DNA of 64,000 nt, from contig NW_024704743.1 in NCBI RefSeq assembly GCF_018977255.1, positions 5,086,001-5,150,000 of the forward strand, written 5' to 3'. Source of the DNA: Callorhinchus milii. Its lineage: Eukaryota. A program made the translations under genes and the position numbers. Position 1 is the stretch's first letter, and the number at the start of each line of letters is the position of its first letter. Below are positions 13,637-25,900 of the stretch, one piece after another. The notes below the pieces were generated by a model. The model was given only the letters and a program-made list of their open reading frames with translations. It did not search any database and was not told the origin of the DNA.

Positions 13637-16600
13637 TTACAAAACGAGCCAGGGTTCGATGAACGGGAATGTTTTTCTGCTTTGAAGCAACAATAAAAGG
13701 AATTCTGTTCCTAATTTTTTAAGCCTTTTACATCGGACACTCAGAAGAAATACGAACAGCACCTGGTAATGTATAGCACGGTAAGTGCTGGTGAAGGGAC
13801 ACAGGAATGCTCATCAAAATTGTAGCAATACAAATCAGTTAAAACACACCCACTCAATGGCTTGCCTCCAAACAATCATCTCTCACCTCCAAACATGTTT
13901 TCCTAATACCTCGTTCTAATCCCGTCTCTTTGTGGAATGTGAGCAACAAAGACATATGCGTTTCCACTTGAAACATAGGGAACCTGCCCTTCTAGGAGTC
14001 AATTTCTGCAGCCAAAGAGTCACGAGTTTAGCCACTGGGAGCGGAATCCTGTATATAGTTGTGAAATTAAATCAAATCAAATCGTTATTCACAGCTTTGA
14101 ATTTATGCATCAATTAGATTGCTTAGCCCTAACCTCTGGAACTCTCTGACTCAACTCCTCAGTCTCGCCCACTCTTTGTCTATCTTTAATTTCCACCTTA
14201 AGACCTCTTCGACCACTCTTATGGTCACCTCCCATCATTGCAACAAGGATGCAAGGCTTATTATTCATATTGGCTGCTACATTTGACCACAAAATGCAGT
14301 CACACCACTTTAATGGGTATGAGGTAAATTACAGTATCTGTGATGTGCTTTGAGGTGTCTCAACAAGATGGTTAAGGCACTATGCCAAGTGCAAAGATTA
14401 GTATTATTATGATGATTATTGTAGCTTCCTTTCAGACAGCCTGATTAATTCTGCTTCTATTGCTTTCTGGCGCATGAGCGCACTGTACGCTCACACAGTT
14501 TCTATGGGAATGCAAGTTGTTGTTGCTGTTGTTCACAACCCCAAGAAATCACAACCAGCAGAAAAAAGCAACAAGGATGTTTGAAGGATTAGAGCTCCAC
14601 ATTATTAGGAGTCTTCACAGAGCTGAACGTCTTCTCCCTGTTCTCCTTAGAGAAACCAGAATAGACAGTTTACGGGATCCCAGTCTTTAAACTGACAAGA
14701 AGCAGGACGAAGGAGGTGATAGGTTTAAGCATTAAAAATACAAAACTCTGATATCCCTCTGATGTAAAGCTCTACAAAGCACACGGCTATTATACTTTAC
14801 AGTGTCTCCTGTGAAACGCTTTGAGACGTCCTCCTGACGTGAAAGGCGCTATTATCAAATGTAAGGATTATTAATAAAACAAAAGTGGGCAAAGAACTTC
14901 CCTTTCGTCAGATTCCCTTGTTTAGGAGATTTACGCAATTTAAAGTCCCGACATTAAAGATATGGATAATGGCTGGGGTCTTTCACTTCAGACATAATAA
15001 TAATAATAATACTTGCATTTGATATAGCACTTTTCACGCCTTCGAGACGTCTCAAAGCGCTTCACAGAATATACTGTTAAGTGAATTGACTGTCTATTTG
15101 AGGGTAAAACACTTAGTTTCTCTTCTCACCCCCTCCATCACTTGCCAGACAAACTGAACCTTTGTTGGCTTCTAGATCTTGTAACATTGTACGGTTCTCT
15201 GATATAAAAACCCGACCTCTTGCACCTGTTTATTTCCCACTCCACCACCCACCGCCTCTCCTTGGCTGCCTCCGGCCTCCTGCATGTCCCTCATCCCCGC
15301 CGTTATACCATTGGCGGCCCTGCTTTCAGTCACTACACTCCGAAACTCTGGAACTCTCTCCCTCAATCCCTCCACCTTACTACCTCCCTCCCCATTTTCA
15401 GTTCACTCCTCTTCAATAGTGGCTAAGGTCACCTCCTCTGGGTCGGAGTCAAGCTTCACCACTGTTCAGCGCTCCGAGACGCTACCCTGCATGAAGGGCA
15501 CTATATAAATGCAAGCTGTTGTCATATAAGACACACATGCCACACTCTCTAATTTTTGCTCCTGTTGCTCTACTCAGGCAGGTTTTATTGCAGCAATTAA
15601 TCTCTTTGACTTTTGTGCGAGGTACTCGCAGAAAATGTTAGAACTCCAAATGATTCAAAAGAGATTTGATGTGATCAGAAACGACTGCGAAAATCAATGG
15701 CCTCTAAATCGCGGGAGTCTCAAAGGAATCGTAAGCTGTGAATTCCGTAAATAGTAAATAGTGAACGTGTCGACCCTCTGGAACTCCGCTCGGAAAGGCA
15801 AGTTCACGCAAATCGGCACTGAGACCATCACCCAAACAGATCCAGGATTCACTGCTTCCAGATATCCTGTGATGTACTTTGGGACATCTTTCCGAATGTG
15901 AAAGGAGCGATATAGTGCCTTATCGCGTTGTTGAGATGTTTCAAAACACTTCACAGAATACACCGTGAAGTGAATTAATTGACTGTATATTCACTTTACA
16001 GTATATTCTGTGAAGCGATATTATTATTATTAAGTGAGGCTGTATTTTCTAGACAAACGCAGATGACAATTTGCGCACAGCAATATCCCACAAACTGACA
16101 TGAGGCGAATTACCATTTTTTTATCTGGGGGATTGTTGACCAGGACAAACCCTATTCTCTTTTTGAATAGTGCCATGGGAAGTTTATCATCCACCGGGAC
16201 AGGCAAATAGGTTTAAAGCCTCATGCGAAGGACGAGAATCTAAGGAAGATCGTAGCTGTTTAAGAACTACAGAGCATTTGGACTTCCAGGTTCAAACTTC
16301 AAGGCAGATGGCCTAAAGGGATCTGAAAACTCTTAAGCCCTGAGGACTCTGCACTGAGACAGTCACTGAGCTCAGAATCAGGCCAACCCTCAGGCTCATC
16401 CTTCTTGCGCAAGCTGCTGGAAGGTAGCTCAGTGGCACTGGCACTCTGAACTAGACTTCTCTATCTCAGGAGAGGGGGGAAAAAACTAACTAAATCCTCT
16501 TATAAGCGCAATAAATAACTGTTCGCCAACAAATAATAATAATAGTAATCCTTACGTTTGGTACAGATGTACCAATTTGCGCAGAGCGGTGTTTCGCAAA

Positions 16601-17237
16601 CAGCTATGGAGTGAATGACCGAGTTTATTTGAAAGATTGTTGGCTAGGATACTGGGAGAAACTCTTTTCACTTTTCAAATAATGTCATGGGATCTTTAAT
16701 ATCCACCGGAAAGGCAGATGGGACCTTGGTTTTACATCTCATTTGAAGCAAGGTCCTCCCACATTGCAGTACACACCCCAACATTTCATTGGAGCATCAT
16801 CTTAGACTGCATTGGTTCCAAGTCCCAACGTTGGCTTGAACCAACAACTTTCTGACTCATAACTTTGCAACGCACAACGCAGGGCAATTACTATTTGATT
16901 AAAACATTCTGGATAAGCATTGGCCTTAAATTTCTGCATCAAAAACACAGAAAAATCTTATTTTCAAATTATAATCCTTCAGAAAAGTCAAGTACTCATT
17001 TCCGGCCACATGTTCAATTATACCTCTGTAAAGCATGGAGATAAACATCTGATTAGATTTGGCAAATGAAACGATCAAGAACGGTTACCTATTCATTTTC
17101 GATTTTTTTTCCTTCTGTGTTCAAACATACTTTTACACCCATTTTGAAAATCTACCTGGTTCCCTCATCCCATCACGCTACCTCACTCCTAGAATTCATT
17201 CAGGAAATTCAGGGACAACTGGGACCAAAAGTAAGAG

Positions 17238-17612
17238 TAATAATAATAATCCTTGCATTTGATGGGGCACTTTCTCAAGTCTTCGAGATGTCTCGAAGCG
17301 CTTCACAGAATATACGGTAAAGTGAATTGACTGTATGTTTTGTGGGCAAAACGCGGCAGCCAATTGCATGTCCCACAAACAGTCGTGGATGGAGGACCAA
17401 ATTATTATTATTTATTTATTCTGAAGGGACTATTGCTCCCAGAAAGCCATCCGCCAATCGACTGACAACCAGGTTCCTACTTATTGTTAGGTAAACAGAG
17501 GCGTGTGGAGTTAGGAAACTTGCTTAATGTTTCGCCCTGCCCAGGAATCAAACCCAGGTCCTCTCGCTTGCGAGGCGAGTGCTCTAACCGATACGCTAGC
17601 TACAGGACTCCA
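17238..17612 (-). mobile_element. tRNA(Ala)-derived SINE, long form
   Basis: Full-length copy. Confidence 0.85.
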
Positions 17613-19504
17613 GTAGTACCCAGTAGAGCCCATTATCTCTCAATGTAAAAACAGATTTAAGAGATCTATCCTTTGTATCCTTTGGCTGCTTCCCAACAGG
17701 ATTCTAGGAACCACACAACTGAGTTATTCTGTTTTTCATCAGCCTCAGCAGTGACAGCATTATTTAACCAGACCGGCATTGCAAAAACATAGCAGACCCG
17801 ACCCAGACAAATCCGGGCTGCTGTGGTTTCAGGCACATTAATCTAACTTCTTTATGGACCTTCACACCATACTGCCAACTCCCCAAGAGCCTCAGGTTAC
17901 CCAATGGAAAGAAGATGGAAAATGGTGAGATGTAAAGGCTGGAAATATGCAATGCTTAAAAACATTGTCTTCAAATTTAAGATCGTGCAGAATACGGGAA
18001 CATCTATTTAATATAGATTGAATCCTCTAAATTTTCAATTTGTGAGTTCTGTAGCATATTGGTTAGAGCACTTGCCTCACAAACGAGAGGACCTGTGTTC
18101 GATTCCCAGTCAGGGCTAAACCTTAGGCAAGTTTCCTTACTCCGCTCGCCTCTGTTTACCGAGCAGTAAGCTGGAACCCAGTTGTTAGTTGATTGGCAGA
18201 ACACGTTCCGGGAGTAATAAACCCTTCAAAAAGAAAATTGGTCATTCAATCTATAACTGTTTGTGGGACACTGCTGTGTGCAATTGGCTGCATTCAGATG
18301 GCTGTTAAGAGTGTGGGATTCATTAGCACAAGTGGAACTGTTCCTTCATCCCATCACACTTTGCTACCTCGCTCCTGAAATTCATTCAGGAAATTCGAGG
18401 AACACCTGGGACCAAAGGTAAGAGTAATAATAATAACAATAATAATCCTTACACTGAAGTTACAGGAATAAAATCATTCAATTTTGGAGGGTCAGCCAGG
18501 TGTCTGACACAAGCAGAAACCTATTAGCGTCCTATCGGAACCCAAAGAATAAGAAATAGTAAGTGATATGGAAAAAGAGATGGAAGGTGGGATTAATAAT
18601 GAAGGCTGATAACCAAGGTGGCAGTCTTCCAGACACAATGGATGTTGTTCTGTACTGATATAATAATAATAATAATAATCCTTGCATTTGATACTTTTAG
18701 ATATAAGGACAAAGAGGGCAAGATTCAGGGTTACAGAGGACATGTTTAGGGCAGAAACCACAAAGCATTTCATTGCATGGTAATCAACATCAATGGTAGC
18801 AGAGGAGGTCCTCAAGGCAAGGATACTGGACTCGTTCAATGAACAAGATTACATTTGTATAGCGCCTTTCACGTCTGGAGGACGTCCCAAGGTGCTGAAG
18901 AACTTGATTCAACAGGTGAATATTCTAGAGAGGTGAGATCAACTGGTCCGAAGGATTTCTTTAATCCGTACCTCTCGTGTCATCTTGATACCTTCCATTA
19001 TAATCCTGTGTTTGAGGTCTGGATTATATCACGGAGCAAATCTGCCCTCTTCTGGGCCTCAATGGAAACAACCAAAGGATAACTACCTTTTTATGGAATA
19101 AAAACGAGGAAAAACAGGAAAAAGAACACCAATGTCACTAATGTTAGCCTTGTGCAACATCTTAGCTATTCAGTCCATGGATGAGAGTAGAACTGATGGC
19201 TCCATTTCAGTTACCTGTTTCTAGTCTACCCACTGTCGTCACACTACGCCAAAGCTCACTGTATCAATAGAGAAAAGGAATAGCCAAGGAATGCTTTCGC
19301 AACTTAACAGCTACTTGCATTATAGTCAAGATTGTAGTCCTCATATCCAAATCCCTCCAGAGCCTCAACCTCTGTGACCTTGTGCAACCCTACCCTCCCC
19401 TTTCACTCAGCAAACACTGGCCTGTCTCTTGCCCCCCACCTCACTATGGTTGGTGAGCTTTCAGACGTTCTTCCCCCTGCTCTCTGATCTTTAACAGAGA
19501 ATAG

Positions 19505-19895
19505 CAATAATCCTTACATTTGGTATACTTTCATGTCAGGAGGCCATCCTAAAATGCTTCACAGGATATACTGTAAAGTGCAGTGACTGTGCATTTTTAG
19601 GACTAACGCGAATAGCCATGGAGTGAAAGATTCAATTTATTTTGGGGGATTGTTGGTCAGGATAGCAGGAGAAACTGCCTTCTTCTTTTGAATAGTACCA
19701 TCAACGCTCACCTGAACAGGCAGTTGGGGCCTCAGTTTAATGTCTCAACTGAAGGACGACACCCCATACAACGCATCATACCTGCAACACTGCAGTAGAG
19801 AGTCACCTTAAATCAGTTCCAAGTCACAATGTGGGGCTCGAATCCACAACCTTGTGACTCAGGGACGAGAGTGTTACCAACTGAGCCAGGGTGTC
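19505..19895 (-). mobile_element. Deu-domain SINE, near full length
   Basis: Head (ggctcagttggtaacactctcg), Deu domain, tail. Confidence 0.75.
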
Positions 19896-20489
19896 GCACC
19901 TGAATAAGAGAAATCTTCACAACCGTCAGGAGTTTTCTGCATTATCGAACTTTCCCTTAAAAAAACATTATTGAGACAGCGCAACACAGCTAATCTCTCA
20001 CCGTTCCTAGACAATGTTTAATTCAAAAATAATTTAAGATGTTTTCCACCAATTTTTTTGGGCTGCCTTCTGCTCTTGAAGGCTTTATCTTTCCACTGAA
20101 GTAAAATTCTACAGCTCCTTGTTAACCTCCTGTACATTTTCAAGTGATAATTGGTTATGTTTGAACTTTGAGTGAGAATCGTTAAATGATTTAACCCAAT
20201 CCTGCTCATTTTACAGTATATCCTGTGAACGCTATGGGACATCCTCACCCCGTGAAAGGCGCTACACCAATTATAATTTCATATATTATAATTCTGTGTA
20301 ATTCCCCTTAAAAACTGCACAGCTAAACCACCATCAAGTATGACACTTCTAAGAGCAATTAATAAACTCTGGAATAAATTGCCGCAAAATAGATATCCTA
20401 TATATAAAAAACTTATTCATGAATTTTAATGAGCAGAAGAAAACTAGGTGGTTGCCATTACATGCTTTCAAAATGAAACATAGGCCATA

Positions 20490-22815
20490 AAAAGTCAAAC
20501 CTTTTGAATGTTTATTAAATCATAAAACAATAAATCACTAGAATATCCAGAAGTGCTGCTGCAGATCTTTCCATCTCTGTCCGGGTAAGTAAGCACTAAA
20601 CACTAAACACTACCTACCAACCAGTCGTGATAATAGTGGGAGGCAACATATTCTGAACTTCAAACAGATTTTTTCTTCCCCAAGTCCTGATAATGAAATT
20701 TTCAGTTCTAAAGATTTGGTGGGGAAAACATCACTATTTATAAAAGATCAGTGTTTGTTAGACTGCATTGTCTTTCAAAATAATGTTCTTGCAATAGCAA
20801 CGTTTGCAGTTTTTTTTATTTAACTGATTTAATTGTATATATCAACCATATCACCAAAAGAGCTCTGGACACACATTACTTTAAGCAAAAATCCTGTATG
20901 AAAACAATTTTGTGAAGTGTAAATAGTTTACAAGACTTCGCTAATGTAAATTCGCTTTTATACAACTTGGGTGGGTTGTGCAGTCTCAATGGGCTTTGAT
21001 GAGCTCCTCCTCGTTGCAATTTCTATGATTCTAACACTGTAACATTTCACCATATTATTGTGATGCGAGAACTGGGGAGTGCGTCCTCATGGTCCATTTA
21101 AACCCCAGTGCCTCCGCAAAGCATTGCTCCAAAAATGGTATCTTTCAATCATCAGTTATAGAACTGGCCCCCATTTTCTATCTCTATGGGTCAGACTTAC
21201 GTGTCTGTACATATATGTGTCGCATGTAAACCATGTGTAAAGGCGGCATTTTTGATGCCTTTAAATATGCAATTAACCAACCAAAAGGTTTGTTAAAGCC
21301 TGACCTCGGTTTTATCACCCCTAGTTATGATGATCCCTCCGGTTATAGCGAACTTGACACCGGGGCTCTTTTTTCCTATTGATTATTACCCCGATACTGC
21401 GATTGTTGAAGAATCGCAGCCCTGATATAATGATCTGCAGCCAAGTCAAAATGACGGAGTTGCTCGGCAGCCATTCGTGTGGGTACCGGAGAGTGTGAGC
21501 GCGAGCCAGTCGTTCGCTCGTACAGCCCGCTCCCTCTCGTCACCTCACCCCATACCCTCGCTCCTCTTCCTTCAGTAGATGTCTGCTCACCCTGTTTAAC
21601 ATTCAGCCATTTCAGTGTTTCAATGTTATAGCAAACACCCAGATACAAGTCTCTTTTCCCCAAGTCCCCAGGGCGTTCGTTATCCCGAGGTCAGCGTATT
21701 ATTACATAATTAATAAATTATTTTAATTGTAGTTAATTATATAATTAAAAAGGTACCTATAACTCTTTCTATACAGGCATTTGAACATTGCGCAAAATAT
21801 ACTTGCATTAAATATGGCAGATAATCGATCCCATAGTTTGTTTTCCATTACCAGAAGTCACATACGGTCACACATCAGCATGCATGGCTAAACCAGGTTA
21901 ATTTTCTTGTGATGTTCAAAATAGCAACAAGTAAGAGAAACTGGGACTAAAATGCCTTTTGTTAGTAAACGTGTTGAATTGTAAATGTGCAATGCCAAGG
22001 TCGACTGTTCTTCCAAACAGGATTTGTGCTTTAGAAATATAAACTTAGCAACAAGCTATTATGATACAAATCAGCTCATTATGCAGATACCCAAAATATC
22101 CAACTATAACCTTTTATATAATAAGATTTTCAAGATGAGTTAAGAAGACACGTAGAAAGTGATCTCACAAGAAAGTATTTTGAAATGACCAAGAGTAAAA
22201 TGAAGTATTGTTCTTGGGCATCATTTTACATTCAACTGTGATATAAACAACACAATAGATGTTAAGCCACCGAATGGGCAATTCATTTAACTGGCAAGTC
22301 ACTGCTCACTGCAACTTTCAGCAGTTACTTCCTTAATTCTGGAATAAATTCCACATACAACAAGGTAACTGTTGGCAAGTGTACTCTGAATGTCAGTACA
22401 TAGTGTTAATAAATACAGGGAAACTTCCTTGGTTTTTGAAATTACAATACAATATGTGCTGCCATGCTGTGCAGTTAGTTAGTTTGTTAGCTAGCTAACT
22501 GGCACAGGCTTTAAGGCTCTGTCCACATTCTGATGTTAATGGGCAGGAGCTGAAGTAGAGAAATGAGGATTCAGTTTTTGTATTGGTGTGTGGATATATA
22601 GTGGAGAGAAAAATAAAATGTACTCCTGAATACCAAAATCATAAATGCTTCGCGTGATATTTGGTGTAGTTCTTACAAAATTTACAAATAGTTCTTACAA
22701 AAAAAGTTGACTATATATAATAACAATTATATACAGTTGCACATTCATAAAGCTGCAACCATGGATCTGCTTCCTGCTCCATGATTCCTGAGTAATTTTA
22801 TAGTCCGTGCAGATG
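20490..22815 (-). other. Probable WDR60 3' UTR (about 2.3 kb)
   Basis: AT-rich stretch with no obvious SINE/LINE copies downstream of the stop. Minus-strand AATAAA occurs at 20820-20815 and 20516-20511. Confidence 0.5.
21294..21698. mobile_element. Old Tigger/pogo-like MITE
   Basis: Inverted ends ctgacctcgg (21300-21309) / ccgaggtcag (21685-21694), each with a TA just outside. Confidence 0.45.
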
Positions 22816-22987
22816 TTATACAACTTGCTGCAGAAAGTGATGGAATTTCTCTACTTCATCTGAACGAGGCCCTGACCAATGCTTCTTTAGGTACTGGATC
22901 TCAATCAGTCCTGACCCCTTTGCCAACACAAGACCAGACGATGCATTTGTTTTCTCTGGTTCACCGAGGACAACCATGGCTGTAAGC
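22816..22987 (-). CDS. DYNC2I1: WDR60 last coding exon ([12 protein letters not shown]...FLQQVV*)
   Basis: tcttgaag acceptor, phase 2, ends in TAA at 22818-22816. Confidence 0.94.
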
Positions 22988-25900
22988 CTTCAAGAAAGAA
23001 ATGGAGGAAAATTAGATCAGTCATTTACGATTCAAGTCATTTTAGATGTAAAACTGCAAAAACAAATTAAAAAGTTCCAGAGGGTAGATACCAAAAAATA
23101 ACTATCGACTGTGTAAAGAACTGTTGGATGGAAATTCCATGGGTCTAGATTTAGTTTATTTTATTAGTTTATTTTAGAGTGTGCAGAATTAGGCAAATTG
23201 TTATATTTAGTTTTAACTTTCATACCTGTTTCCTGTAGCTCTTCAAGAAGACTGTATTTAAGAGTTTGACAAATGCTGGATACTCTATAATAATAATCCT
23301 TGCATTTCATATATATCACTTCCTTATACTTTGAGATGTTAGTTAGCTAACAGGATATACAGAGCTTATACAGAATATACTGTAAAGTGAATTGACTTAG
23401 TTTGTGGATGAAACATGGCAGCCAATTGCCCACAGCAGTGTCCCGCAGACAGTGGTGGATTGAGTGACCAAATTATTATTATTTTATTTTGAAGGAATTA
23501 TTACCCCGGAAAATCGATCTGCCAATCGACTAACAACTGGGTTCCTATTTACTGCTAGCTAAACAGTGGTGTGCAGAGTAAGGAAACTTGCCTAACATTT
23601 CACCCCACACTCAAATCGAACCCATGTCCTCTGGCTTGCGAGGCGAGTGCTCTAACCAACTTGCTGCAGGCCTCGCTATTTTAATCTAGACCGAGGTGAA
23701 ATGTTACCCCACGGGGGTCTGAACACGAATATAAAAAAAAACTCAGTGTCAAAAATCATTTAAGAATAATTAGCATTTTAATGCCAGCATAATAAATTTC
23801 AAGAGCTAAATTGAAGTCTTCTGTCTGTCTTCTAGAGACGAACCTCACCTCTACTGCCCACACCCGAGGAGGATAGTCTCCCAGACTGTTTGTGAGAAAC
23901 TGCTGTGCGCAAATTGGTTGTTGTGTCCGCCCAGAAAAACAGTCACACCACCAGTACAGTCTCACAAGCGCTGAGACATCTTGACGTCTTGATAAGAGGC
24001 TATATAAAATATACATGGATTATAATTATTGGTTTATGGCAGTTTAAATTAATGGTCTCTAACAAGTGCCCCATTTGCCTCTGTATCCAAATCTGTTTTC
24101 CTTGTGTCATCAGGTTACTTTGTTAAGGGCTCACTGCTGTTTGCTCCTCTTTTCTTCCTCTCAGGTGAAACAAAAAGGAAGTGATTCCAGGAACTAAGCT
24201 ATCCAAGCTTCAGTAAAAGAATTGGGGATTCCTAAGTTTCTAAAGAGAATTTCTCTCAGTGTCCTGTTTAAATTGGCTGCTGCATTTGCCTACAAATAAG
24301 TCGCTAAACTTTATAGTAAATCCTATGAAGCTCATCGAGAATTCTCAACAATGTCGTAAGGCACTGTATCCAATACGGATTATTATAAAGAAAATGGCAC
24401 AAATTTATAGCACCGTTAGCTACTGGAAACAAAACTGGACCTTTCACTATAAACATTATACTTACAAATCAGACGGCAGGCTCTCCTTTGCTATTGGTTT
24501 GGAATCATCTTCTAGCAAGTCCCACGCATAAATATTAGAAGATACGTCAAGAACAAAAAATACAGCAGGACGTGTTAGTGCCCATTGAATGGTCTGGATT
24601 CGTCTACCCTGAGTGCTATCATTCCACTGCATAAGAGGTCGCTCAGCTGCCACAGAGTGTAGTCTGATCATTCCATCTGAACACCCGACCTGTAAAAAGC
24701 AACACAGAACTCCCTCTTTTTAGTACAACAAAGTCCAAGTCGTGTTTCCATTTGATTACATTCAGCCAGTTACACTTTCTGTAAATATGCATACTTACAG
24801 AAAATTTGTATAAAAGTTTTAAATCACATTATTTATCCCCATTATTTGGTAATCATATTCTTCAGATTTCTTAAATGCAGTCTTTACCGCATTTAATTAC
24901 TGATCAATGCCTCAATATAAACTGAATGAAATCAATTGTCAGCATTGTTTGTCAGGTCCTCCCAAACGTGAAAAGCATTATAAAAATTGTCCCTTCCTAC
25001 TGCTACCCCAATTAAGATTCGCTAACTCAGTACAAAGAAGCGTTATCTAGAAACGTGACGCAAGGTATTTATCCACTAAAATCAAAGCTAGGAATCACCA
25101 TCTTTAGTTATCTCCTCCCCTCTTGTAAGTGCAGTCAATTCACTTTACAGTATATTCTGTGAAGCGCTTTGAGACATTTCGAAGGCGTGACTATATCAAT
25201 TGCAAGGATTATTCTTAGCAGTATTATCATCCCATGGCAAGAGATCAAGCAGTTTGCTTCCAGGACTCTGCCAAATAATCTGTAATTATTAGGTAGAAAG
25301 AAGGCTTATGTAAAATGCCCAAAGTAAGTAGCTCACTCGTAAATTACCCTCCCTCTCAATCTATTCAGTTGCCAACTGCTTCAAGAGCAAATGGAGCTAT
25401 AGTTAACCTTTCAAGCATCTTCACAAGCTACATTTGAGTTCAATGGAGTAACAGTGGCCTTGTCACAAATACCCATACTGATGTTTGCTGCTGTGATATT
25501 TTATAATTCACGCATCTGTACTTAGCACAGCAACCATTAAAGCAAATTAATCAATACCCACGCTGAGTAAATATATCGGCACCAACAGGAGAAGTGTTGC
25601 ATTCTGTAAATGCACCTCTATCGATTCTGCAAGACCAAGCAGCAACAACAACGTGATTAAATAAATTTACACCAGATCAATAGTATTCTTACCAAAAATA
25701 TTGCTTCTTCAAAATTACAGAAGTCAATTGAAGTAACCTGAATTGGTCTGGTGGTGCTTAATTGGGATTTGTAGAGTTTTGGAGGTGCTCGTAATCCATG
25801 CAGTGTGCCGTGACTTACAAGACCCTGGTAAGGGAAGATAAATGGTTACAGAGTGGTTCTAATTAGAAATAATCTTGAAGCAGTGCTTTTATTTTCCATG

